NCBI GenBank assembly: GCA_965240325.2
Contig: OZ251223.1
Location: 2,852,001 to 2,916,000 of the forward strand
From: Rebecca billardiae RCC1528
Lineage: Eukaryota; Protista; Haptophyta
Direction: 5' to 3'
DNA length: 64,000 nt
Part shown: positions 47,907-58,342 of the stretch, piece after piece
How the letters are laid out: the number at the start of each line of letters is the position of its first letter
Position numbering within the stretch: the first letter of the stretch is position 1
Notes under the pieces: model-generated
What the model saw: the letters and a program-made list of their open reading frames with translations, nothing else
The model's database searches: none
Told to the model about the DNA's origin: nothing
Made by a program: the position numbers and the translations under genes

Positions 47907-48883
47907 CGGAGGGCGGCGCGCGGCCGCCCGCGCCGCCGCCGCCGCTGCCGAGCACACGCGTCGAGTGGCGCAACGCCGCCGCCGCCGCGCAGGAGCTCGG
48001 CGCGAGCGCGGGCGTGCACCGCGGCGCGCCGAGCGCGCTCCCCTGGATGGGCGCGGTGGCGGACGCATCGGAGAGGCTCACGCTGCGCGCGCTCTGGCTG
48101 GTGGGCGCGACGTGGGACGCGGAGAGAGGCGGGCTGCTCGAGCCGCCCGCGCCCGCGCAGCGCACGGAGCACCCCGCCGCCCTCGGCGTGATCTCCGTCA
48201 CCGACTCGGAGCGCTCGCTCGACGCGCGGCGCAGCTTTGACCCGAGCATGCGCGCCAGCTTCCTCAGCGCGACCTCCAGCCGCGACGGCGCCGGGATGGA
48301 CGAGGAGTCGAGCCGGCGGCACGCGGACGCGGCGGCGGCGGCGGCGGGCGCGAGCCATTGCGAGCAGCTGGGCGCACTCGTGCTCGTGCCTCGGCTCAGG
48401 CAGCAGGCGGCGGGGGGCAGCGCGGGCGCGGCGGCGGCGGGCGGCGCCCTCGCGTACTCCGCGCTCGCGCGCGCGGCCGGCGGCGCCGCCGCCGCCGCCG
48501 CGCCCGTCGCGGGCGCGGGCGCGAGCGCGGCGGGCGGCGCGCGCGCCACGGCGGGCGCCAAGACGGTCGAGTGCCCCGTCGTGCTGCTCGCGCAGAGCAG
48601 CGCGGAGCTGTGGGGCGTGCGCTCGCTGAGCGGCGTGCCCGCGCCCGCCCGCTCGCGCGGCGACAGCGGGCGGCAGGGCGAAGCGGCTCCGGCGCAGCCG
48701 CCGCCGACGGTCGCAGACGCCACGGCGGGCGGCGTGGCCGTGCCGTGCTCGCTGCTGCTCTCGCTCGAGCTGCCGGTCTCGCCCGCGTCGACGCGCTCGG
48801 CCGCGGAGTGGGCGCTCTCCGGCGTGCACCTCGCCGTGCCTCCGCCCGGCTGGACAGCGGCCGACTCAGCAGATGGGCCGTGA
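18382..48883 (+). CDS. Giant, highly divergent dynein-heavy-chain-like protein (~10,080 aa predicted); exons 18382-45821, 45920-46204, 46360-48883
   Basis: Dynein motifs occur in the correct order: linker-like MGPLHWHAIL and LTLEQLL; AAA1 CGQAGCGKG and PPELATLVRPVGVRAPD...LFAHGW; AAA2 VVLCGAPGAGKSS and VLVETTSLAHAAPA; AAA3 VLVWGARGAGKS and LVIALDDVHL; AAA4 AGAGRARLVAWAA and NLRLVLRLHP...PALLSAC; C-terminal LWLVGATWD, VECPV, WALSGVHL. Two phase-2 GT-AG introns keep the frame. Confidence 0.78.
32269..32346 (+). repeat. (GGC)n trinucleotide tract encoding poly-Gly within the giant ORF (another at ~26686-26736)
   Basis: Visible directly in the sequence. Confidence 0.9.
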
Positions 48884-49137
48884 TCCGGTGCTAGCCGACC
48901 GAGAGCTCGGGAGCTGACTAGTGATGTCCCGCGGCCCGAGCACCAGTGCGTAGCTGCCCGAATGCAGCCTGGTCGACGCCGGTCATTCGACAGCACTTGA
49001 CGCAGTGTCTGACGGTAGTGTCGATGGTCGCTCTGGAACGCCACCGACCGTAGCAACGGATTTGCATGCGCCCGACCTTGCCAACCGGGGCACGCGACAG
49101 TCCGGTGTGTGCATTCCGGTTACTGTATGGGCTCCGG

Positions 49138-50181
49138 TCACTGTCCGGGACGTCCAGCATCAGGGGTGCATTCAGACTCTCTGGGGGGGTCTGGGGGGGG
49201 GCTACGCCCAGCCGATCGAAGGACCAAATACGCCTCAATAAGGCCCCAACTCGCCAGAATTCGCATAGCAGACCGTGTTTGCTGGTGTTGGCTGAGGGCT
49301 GCGTCGTGCGGCGTCGGCTCTGCGCCGGGCGGCCATGACGCATTACACACAGCCCCGATATCGGCGCCTCCCTCGCGAGTCAAGACGTAGCGCAGTGCAG
49401 GATCGAGCAACGCATTGACCGCTGCGGCGCACCGCGCAGGCCACGCCGCACCTCAGCACTCGCGAACAAGCTCTGAGCCAGCCAGCTGTGGCAGTCCTCT
49501 GAGGAGCTGCAGCCAAGCACGAGCTCGTGCGCATACCCGTGGCACCACGAGCTGACGGCGCGGCCCGGGGCGCGAGCAGCTAGAAGCCGACAAGCTCATG
49601 CGCACGCCCGCACCGCCGCGAGGTGTGGCCGCCGGCGCGAGCAGCTCGACGCGGACAGCGCGCAGCTTGCTCGAGTCGACGAGCAGCTTCTCGCCCATCG
49701 GTGACTCTCAGTGCACGAAGGTGCACCCGGGGCGCGAGCGCGACAGGGTGCCGCGGCCAACCAGCGGATGCGCCCGGATCAAGGCCTCCAAGGCGTCTCG
49801 TCTCCTCGCCCGCTCGGCGGAGCTCCATCGTGCGAGAGACCGGTCCGGGAGCCCAATAACCGTAAAGAAGAAATGGTCCGCGGCCGTCCGGCCGTGCTGC
49901 GCAAACGATGTCCTCGCCAGCACTCAGCAGCGCTCCCTCTGTCCATCCAGCGCCGTGACCATCCCGCAAGGTTCCCTCACATTCTAGACGACGATCTCTG
50001 CTTCCAGCATAGGAGACAGTCGAGGTCGGAGGTGTGGCCCATGCGAGTGATGGAGTGACCAGCCCGCAGCCGGCGAGTCCTCGTGTGCGGTGTCGGGCGC
50101 CACCTGTGCAGCACGACTTGGTTCCGGCATAGCTTCCCCCTGGCTGTGCTCGTGCTGGCTATCCTGACTGACGCGCATCAA
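49138..50181 (-). pseudogene. Possible decayed ORF of unknown identity
   Basis: ORF pieces 49984-50181, 49708-49923, 49453-49698 and 49138-49410 share one minus frame separated by isolated TAG/TGA stops. They read as globular, non-low-complexity protein; no motif recognised. Confidence 0.3.
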
Positions 50182-52596
50182 TCGGCTGTGACGTCCGACA
50201 CGATCCGCGGTAAACTATACGAATCTTACGAACGCGTCCTGGTGCTGGCCAGGCGCCGCAGACGCAGTGCGAGCGAGCCAACAGCGCCGTGCACTGGCCG
50301 GTTGGCCCACAAGTGGCCATACGGCGAGACGTCACCAGGCACCTGTCGCACGAGTCGCACGTTAATTCACGTGGTGCGCTCCCTCCGCCTCCCTGCCGAT
50401 TCAGACTTGATGCCCGGCGTCACACCTGACACCAGCTCACTGCCCCAAGGCCCAGATGTGAGAGGTAAAATGAAGTCTGGGCTGCCGGCCGGAGCCCATC
50501 AAGCGGATCAAGCAGGCACGCCTGCGGCTGCTGCAGCCGCAACGTGCTGGCGCTGAGACAGGGGACCAAGACCACCCCGTCCGCACCAAGCCATCCGCGA
50601 TTGTGGTCATCCAGCCGCCCGAGGAGCCAGCCTCGCGCGAGCAGGCGGCAGACAGCTGCCGCCCGACCACCTGAGCGCGGCACCTGGCAGCACATGCCAC
50701 ACAACGGTGGCGCAGCTGCCAAGGACAAGGCAAAGCGGAAGGACGCAATCGTGCGGCCAGCGTCGCAGCGGGCATCCATCCAACCCACACGGGAAGCCCG
50801 CAGCCGCCTAGCAGCCCAGCCCAGCCCGTCACAGAGAGTCACTCAGCACTGGCTCTCGTGCAGCATCCGCACCCTGCGAGCACGGAGAGTTCAGGACGCA
50901 ACGCAGGGCGGCGCGCGCGCGGCAGGCGAGCCAGGCCGTCACCGCCCGCCTCCACAAGCCGCCCCCGCGCGCGCGGCGCGCACCATCCGCCCCAGTGGTA
51001 GCGTGCAGCGGCGCGCGCCGCGACCCTGGTCGAACCGGGACGCACTGCTCACGCCGTGGCGTGGCGCGACGGGCGCGGCGCGGCGAGGTCGCATGCGCTT
51101 CCCCCGGGGGCCTGAGCGTACTGGCTGAGGCCCCCACGCGCGGCGGACTCCGCGCGCGCCCCGCCTGATGTGCGCGCGGCGCGCGGCCACAGCGCGCGGC
51201 GGGCTTCCATGGGCCGGTGCCGGTGCGTATTCGGTCTCGTCAGCACCGTGCTCGGTCTCGTCAAGCGTTTTACCCGCATCGGCCCCCAGGCGGCGGCCCC
51301 CCCTTTAGCGCGGTTCTCGACAGCGAGGCCAACCATCGACGCTTTGACGCCTACGGCCGCGCCAAGCGACGGCGCCGAGCGGGCGCGCGCGCGCGGCACG
51401 AGAAGTAGACTCCCGTAGCGTGCCTCCACACCCCGCCCGCGCCAGCGCACCCGCTCCCGGCTCTCTTTCCGCTCCGCGGCGGCGCTCGGCACCCGAGCCG
51501 AACCGAACGCGTGCACGGCGCACGACGCAGCGCGGCGCGACGGGCGCGGCGCGGCGCGCTCGGAGTGAACTCCCCCGGGGCTCCGAGCGTACGGGCCGAC
51601 GCGCCCACGCGCGGCGCGCTCCGCGCGCGCCCCGCCGAATGCGCGGGCCGGCGTGAGGTGCGGGTCGCCACCCTTACGCGCGGCGGCGCGGCCGTCGCGC
51701 GAGGGGTCCCCGCACTTGGCGGCGACGAGAAGCGTCCGGACTCTCCTTGATGTTGCACAAAGCCGCGGGGGCGGCACGGTTAAATCCGGGCGTGCCCCCC
51801 CCGCGGAAAAAAATTCAGCACGATGGAGTCCTCCGTGTTCGGCTGTGACGACGCGTTCAAGGACAAAGAAACATACGAAATCGTCTGCGGCTTCGGTTTT
51901 GAACCTGCGGCTTCGTCCGCCGCCCCGGAGATCTTTCGATTGGTACCCTCATCGCTCCCTGGCTCCCAGGGGTTCGTCTAAATGCACCCCCCCATAGGGT
52001 CAGTGGACGTCCCTGACTGTGGCTGGAGCCTATGGTGTTCAGAAGGCCGCGCCAAAGCTTGCGTCGCGTGCGATGGCGCTTCCCGCCCGCGAGACACCTC
52101 GTGATGAGGGCCTTTCCGCACCGAGCCCGACGCGCGACGGTGGATCGCGCGAGGTGGTTGTCGTGCGCAGCGCTTAATACTATGGCTCGTGCGAGCGCTC
52201 AACGTGCAAGTCGGGCGAGGACCGCCCCAGGTCGCACGATCGTGTCCGGACGCGCCGAGCGTGCCTCCAAACGCGTCGACTTTGGCCCCCGTTCGACCTG
52301 CACGCGAGACGACGAGGGCAGCAATCGCGAATCGGGCGAAAACCCCCCTCGGGAGTCTTCTCACGATGTCCGCTCCGGCGTTGGATTTGGCGCGCGCCGC
52401 CCACGCGCTCCGCGCCATGGCCGACATGTTTTCGGCCGAGCGTCCCCAGAGTGGGAGCTGCGAGGGCGCCCGGTAGTGAGCGAAGCGACCCGGCAGTGAG
52501 CGAGGCGATTTTCTTTTCTTTGCGAGGCGATTTTCTTTTTTCCATTCCTTTTTCTTATCTTTTTCCCGGGCACTACAAGGGGCGGACCTACGGCCC

Positions 52597-52746
<150 letters not shown>

Positions 52747-54597
52747 CGGCTACGCCGATCTTCGGGTAGTGAACAACGAAGTTGAGGGCGCACGGCCCTA
52801 GTGGCTAGTCACCATCACGCAGCTAGTGAGCTTGTGAATGTGAGCAGCAGCCGCGGCTTGTGACGACACGGGTCGGACGGTCGGACGGTGCCGGTGCGGC
52901 GGGGGCAGCGGCGGCGCGACGGCGTCGGCGGTGGCGCGCTCGTACAGCGTCTGCAGCACGTGCGCAGCGTGACTGCGTGTGCAGCAGCGCGCCGCTCAGC
53001 TCCCGCCGCTCCACGCCGCCGCAGCGGCGCGCGCGGCGCGCGCCCGCCTCGGCCGCGGCCGCGCCCGCCACCATCGCCGCCGCCAGCTGCTGCGCCGTCG
53101 GTGACGGCGGCGGGTCGAGTGCAGAGAGGAGGTGGATGAGCCAGTGCAGCTCGGACTGCGTGACGTCCACGTCCACCACCGCGTCCTCCTTCGCCACCGC
53201 CATCTCCTCCGCCCGCCCCGCCCCCCAGCGGCGGTCCCACCACTTAGTAGGCGGCGACCGCGGCCCGGCGCACGCCGCCGTGACGCCGCGGGCGCCCGGC
53301 GAGCGCTCGGATGACGAACCGGCTGGGCGGCAGCGTGGGCGGCGAGGCGACGCGCTCTCCGCCGCTGACGGAGGAGTTGACGGAGGTCGTGCGCGCGAGG
53401 TCGGCGGCGGTGTGCGCGGCGGCGCTGGGCGAGTGCGCCAGCCTCTCGGGCAGCACATGCGCCACATGGCACATGCCCCGCCGCGCGCCCGCCGCCGCCC
53501 AGGCTCCCGCGCTCGGCCGCGCGCCGCGCCGCCGCGCTGTCCGGATGGCGCACCTCCCTCGACTGCGCCGCCACCATCGCCCTCGCTCCCTGCAGTCGCC
53601 GCCCCCGCCGCCTGCCGTGACGCGCTCGCCGCGCGCCGTTCATTCAGGCGGCACTCGCGGGCGGCGGCGTCGGCTGAGAGCCGGCGGCGGTGACGCGCGG
53701 GCGGCCGCCGCTGGCGAGGGTGAGGACGGACATGCCGTTCGGCGCGCCTCCCTCGTCCGTGCCGCCACCACCGCCCTCGCTCCCTTCAGCCGCCGCCCCC
53801 GACGCCTCCGCCTGGCCGCTACAAAGGCCGCCGCTCGCGCCGACGTGCGGGCGGCGGTTGGATCGTGACTGTTCGCGACCAGAGATACCAGAAGTGACGG
53901 TTCGTTAACTCGTACCATAAAACTTTACTGAGACAAGAGGCAGAATCAAAGCCGATCGCTGCCCTTTCAAGTTGTCCAGGACACACTCGTTTTCAGAGAG
54001 CTGTTAATCCTCGCAGATAGAGATGTCGAATCCCACCCGCATTGTAATACGTTGATACTGAAACGTTGTTTTTGAAGTGTGGTTCTCTTCAGAGGAGAAG
54101 GATAATAGGAGACGATACTTTACTCTTTGAATTGGAAACAGCAAACCAAAAGTGTATATCAGCAGGAGAATCACGAACGGCCCACCATCACGAACGGCCC
54201 AACAGTTCTCTTAAGAGAAGAGGGATGCGTCTAATCTAAAACGCTGTTTTTCAGAGGCGCGTGAATCAAAGCTGACGACCCAACCTATCGTTTCTATGGT
54301 TGGCGAGCTGTTTCAGGCTCTTACAATTCAGGCATCTTACTATGACGGAATGTTCTAACACACGGCTGGTGTTATGTGCTATTCCACCCTGCATTCCCCT
54401 AAGTGTTACTATCGTTAAAATTAAGGGGCAGTACAAACGCAATCATTGCGGCAGCGATATCCACTCATACGCGGTGGCCACCTACCGAAAAATCCCCAAA
54501 ATCCTGCGCGCATCCTCTTTTTGATTTTGCGGAGCACGTGCGCCGCCCCCCCCGGCTTTCGCTCACGCTCAGACCTTTCGGGGGGGCCGTGCGCCAT

Positions 54598-55176
54598 TAA
54601 CGACGTGGTTATGGTACTGTATGCAACGGGCAGGCGTCAAAGTCAGAAAGCTGTAGCAGCATCAGATCGAGCAGCAGAGACAAACACCAGGATCAGCGCT
54701 CCTCGCCGTCGTCCCCCCCCCCCCCCCCTCGTAGTCGCCCATCACTCCATCGCCGAGCGGAAGCTCGACGCACCGTGGCGTCTGGCGTCGACGCGCGCGC
54801 GCCACCGCGGTGGTCGCGGTGCCACGCGTCGTCAGCCGTCGTCTCGAAGTAGTCGTCGTATGCAGCGCCCCCGCGGGCGCGTGCCCCCGGGCGCACGTGC
54901 GCCATGCGCGCGCGGGCCATGAGCATCTTGGCCTGGCCACGCAGGCAGCGCATGCCCAGCTCGCGCCGCATGGTGCCGAGCAGCGCGCGCTCGGCGGCGG
55001 GGCGCGAGGGCGCGCTGGGCGGCTGAGGCGCGCGCGCCACGTGTCCCGCCCCATCTTGGCAATCTTCTTGAGGGTGAGGTCCACCTCCGCGCTCCACTCG
55101 CCGAACGCCCCCACGACAACCGGGACGATCGCGGGGAAGGTGTCGAGCCGCGCCTCGTATGGGCCCACCGCCCGCC
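54598..55176 (-). mobile_element. 5'-truncated non-LTR retrotransposon fragment (C-terminus of restriction-like endonuclease, CRE/R2-type) with 3' UTR
   Basis: Minus-strand IVPVVVGAFGEWSAEVDLTLKKIA, then after a frameshift MRRELGMRCLRGQAKML, matches the RLE C-terminal pattern (P+vve.fG.w...a...l..ia ... r..ls....rgna.m). A second copy of the 3' end is at 15016-15352. The 5' end abuts a TA tract. Confidence 0.68.
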
Positions 55177-55187
55177 ATATATATGAA

Positions 55188-55191
<4 letters not shown>

Positions 55192-55231
<40 letters not shown>
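55192..55231. repeat. (TA)n microsatellite
   Basis: Direct observation. Confidence 0.95.
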
Positions 55232-55235
<4 letters not shown>

Positions 55236-55628
55236 GATACACTACACAGGCTACACTCTACAGCCGCAGAGTAACTACCGCGGAAAGACACCGCGCCACC
55301 GGTGGCGAATGTGCGACGATGATGCCACCGCACCGTCATCGACAACGACAGGCGTTGCCGCGTTCGGGTCGCGTCACAGCGCCGCCCGCGACAGCGGCGT
55401 CGGTCAAGTTGGGTCTAGTCTTGGCGCCACGTCAGATCGGGTGCACCTCGGCCGCTGGGGGCAGGGCGTGCTCGGGGATGGTCGGGGAAGACCATCGCCA
55501 GGCACACGGTGCCCCCCGGGGGCGGGGCGCGCTCGGGGATGGCCGGGGTAGACCATCGCCGGGCGCGCGGCGCCCCCCAGTGCGGAGGTGAGGGCGGTGA
55601 ATCTGACGGAGTGAGACGAGAATCTGCC

Positions 55629-55827
55629 TCAGGCGTCCGAGGGGACTCGCGCGCAGTGCCCGATGCGCATGCGCTCAACCCAGGGATGGAGCGGCCGTGT
55701 CGTCGCCGACGTGCCTTTGCTCGTCGGCGTGACGCCACTGTCCTTGCCGCCGACGTGGCCGTGGCTGTCGTGTACGGAATGCTTGGTCTGTCGGAGGCCG
55801 CCCGCGTCGGCGGAGCTGTCCCTCAGA

Positions 55828-55869
<42 letters not shown>

Positions 55870-56597
55870 TGGTCAACCGACACCGTGGAGCGCGTCGCGC
55901 GAGGTCTGTGGATACGACCGAGTTTGCTGCCGAGGGCGGTGAGCGCGCCAGAGAATGGCTTAGGCGGCACCTCCTCCGAGATCGTGCCGCTGCTCAGCAG
56001 CGAGCGCGTGACGGTCGTGGCTGGAGTCACCGCTCGGTGCGAGCGCGCCGTGCGCGCAAGCAGCGCCAGCGCGCTGTCGTGGCCGATCAGATCCCATGCG
56101 ACGTCATCGATGAGGTACGCGAATGCCTCGAACTCCTCCGGCTCGACGAGCATGCCCGATGTGTCCAGCAGCGTGTTCCATGCTGCCAGCTCGGCACGTT
56201 GCAGCTCAGCCGTGCCCACGCGCGCCGCGTCGGCGACGAGGAGCAGCATGTTGTCGTAGCTGCGGTCGTTGCTGTACTTGTCAGCGAGGACGACACACGT
56301 GGCGAAATGGAGCTGGGCCTGCGCCGCAAAGTGCTGCGCCGCGCTGCTCTGGCACGAGCCCTCGTCCACGCTGGCAAACAGGCGGCCGAGGTACACCGAG
56401 GCGAGGACGAGCGACTCCGGCTTCACGCCGCTGGTCCAGCGCATGTCGGAGAGCAGGTGGCCGTTCGGGCTGATGGCGGCGGCGAGCTTGCGGATGCGCT
56501 TCTGCACGCGTGGCGCCACGTCCGCGTACGTCGCCGTAGGAGACGCGTCGGGGAGACGCATGGGGTTGAGGAGGGTGGTGGTGCGTGCGATGAGCAA
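55629..56597 (-). CDS. PHO80/P(U)-type cyclin-fold protein
   Basis: SLVLASVYLGRL...HFATCVVLADKYSNDRSYDN...GTAELQRAELAAWNTL...LVEPEEF is typical of the Pho80/Pcl cyclin box; Ser-rich tail. Start codon uncertain. Confidence 0.8.
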
Positions 56598-58342
56598 CGC
56601 GTCGTTCTATCGTTCGAGGGGTTGAGTCGCGCTTGGGGTGCCGCCGCCCGCCAGAGGAGTTTCCACCCGTCGGGGTTAGCAATTTAACCCGCTGGTGGTA
56701 CGACTTGCCGCTGAGACCAACTTCCCTTTGAATGATTGGTTGTCGTGACCGAAGCCGAAGGTGCGTGATCAGGCGTCAGTGAGGCGTGATATCGCGGTGG
56801 GGTGTGGAGGGCGCGATCTGGGTAAAGGAATGACACATCAATCGATGAAATTACCCGATTTACACAGTTTCGATAACATGTTGAGACATATGTGCTGCGC
56901 GACTCCTTAAAACTTTAAAAGGCGATTTCACCCAGCTGATTGATTGAATACCGTACGGAAATCGTCAGGTTTAGCGCACGCGAAGATTCCTATATTCTCT
57001 TAACAGCAAATAGTCAGATTCTCAGGTTTTACACAAGTCAGGCTATGAAAATTCTGGAAACCCACGAGAACAAAGGCACGACTTCACGCTTGGGGACCAG
57101 CCCGTCGCACCCCTTTTTTTGACGCCCCCCTAACGGCCTAACCCGTCTGTCTGTTTGTCGGTCACATAAGCGCAATTCGCGTACCCACTTACGCGCTCGA
57201 TAGGACAAAAACCGCTCGTCGTTCGGTCAAAAACCGCTCGTCGTTCGGCGCTTTGCGTACTCACATTCGCGCGAATCGCATCGGCCCATTCGTCGTGTCG
57301 CGAGTTCACACTTCACATTCACACGAACCGTCACTTTCTCGCTAGACAATTCACGAGCGAAAGGGCGCGCTGATAGCGGCACGCGGGTATCATCTTGCAT
57401 TGGACTACGAGCAATCGGAGCAACCTCGCGCGGCCTCGCGTCGTCGACGACGTCCCGTGAAGGACGACAAGGCGGATCCAGAGCCCACGCCATTCCAAGG
57501 GTCGCCCTTGCGTTGACGTCTCGTTCGGTCGCGCGACGAGCGGCTCGCGTGCGGCGCCAAGCGAGAGACGCGGGGCGCGCGGCGGGCGCACGCGCGAGGC
57601 TGCCCACCACGCGCACGCGCGCGACCCCGCCGGCTCGGGCGACACGCCGCCGCCTCAGCTCGAGCACGAGCGCGAGGCGTGGCGCCGGCTCGGTGGGCGG
57701 CGGACGGCTCGACCTGCACTGCGGTGCCAGCGGATGAAGCGGCAAGCCCGGCGGGCGCATACGCGCAGGTCCGCCCTCCACGCGCGAGCGCGCGACTGCG
57801 TGTTCCACGAGCTGCAGCAGGCGGCCGCGGGCTGGTCGGCGGCCGGCGAGGTCGGCGGAGTGCCGCCCGGCCCGCGTTCTCGCTTGGGCGCGGGCCACAC
57901 TCTCACTCACAGCGCGGGGCGTGGTGCTGCGGACGGGCCAGTCATTGCAGCGCGCACTCCGTGGTCAGACGTGCACACGCGCGCGCGTCGTCAGCCCCGC
58001 CGCTGCGCCCCTGTGGCGCCGTTGGCAGCGTCGGAATTCCGAGCTCGGGCTACCGGCCCGGCGTGCCATCATGCGTTTCAGAAACAGGTTTCCAGCCCAA
58101 GTTGACGCGCAGCGCCAACCCATATATAATACCCTTGCCCAAGCGGGAAATTGAGAATCGAGAGATGCCCCGTGATCTCCCATCCATGAGATGCGAACAA
58201 AACCTGACGAAATCGCACGCGATGACGCGGCAGAATCGGTGCGGGTCTTATTTCAAAAACATTTGCGCACGCTCGCCGGCGTGCGCAAATGTTTTAAATA
58301 ATAATAATTATATTATAAACTCGGCACTTATAACTAAATCCC

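Noticed and set aside
17776-48829. Very long antisense and alternate-frame ORFs (e.g. 17776-27672, 27856-35829, most of 42684-48191)
   Set aside because: These are Arg/Ala-rich shadows of the GC-rich dynein-like gene, where stops are rare. Only the small parts that coincide with BTB exon 1 or dynein exon 2 are used.
57206-57249. Short tandem duplication CAAAAACCGCTCGTCGTTCGG x2 (similar ATCACGAACGGCCC x2 near 54170-54200)
   Set aside because: Isolated local duplications with no further structure; covered by the general duplication-bias observation.
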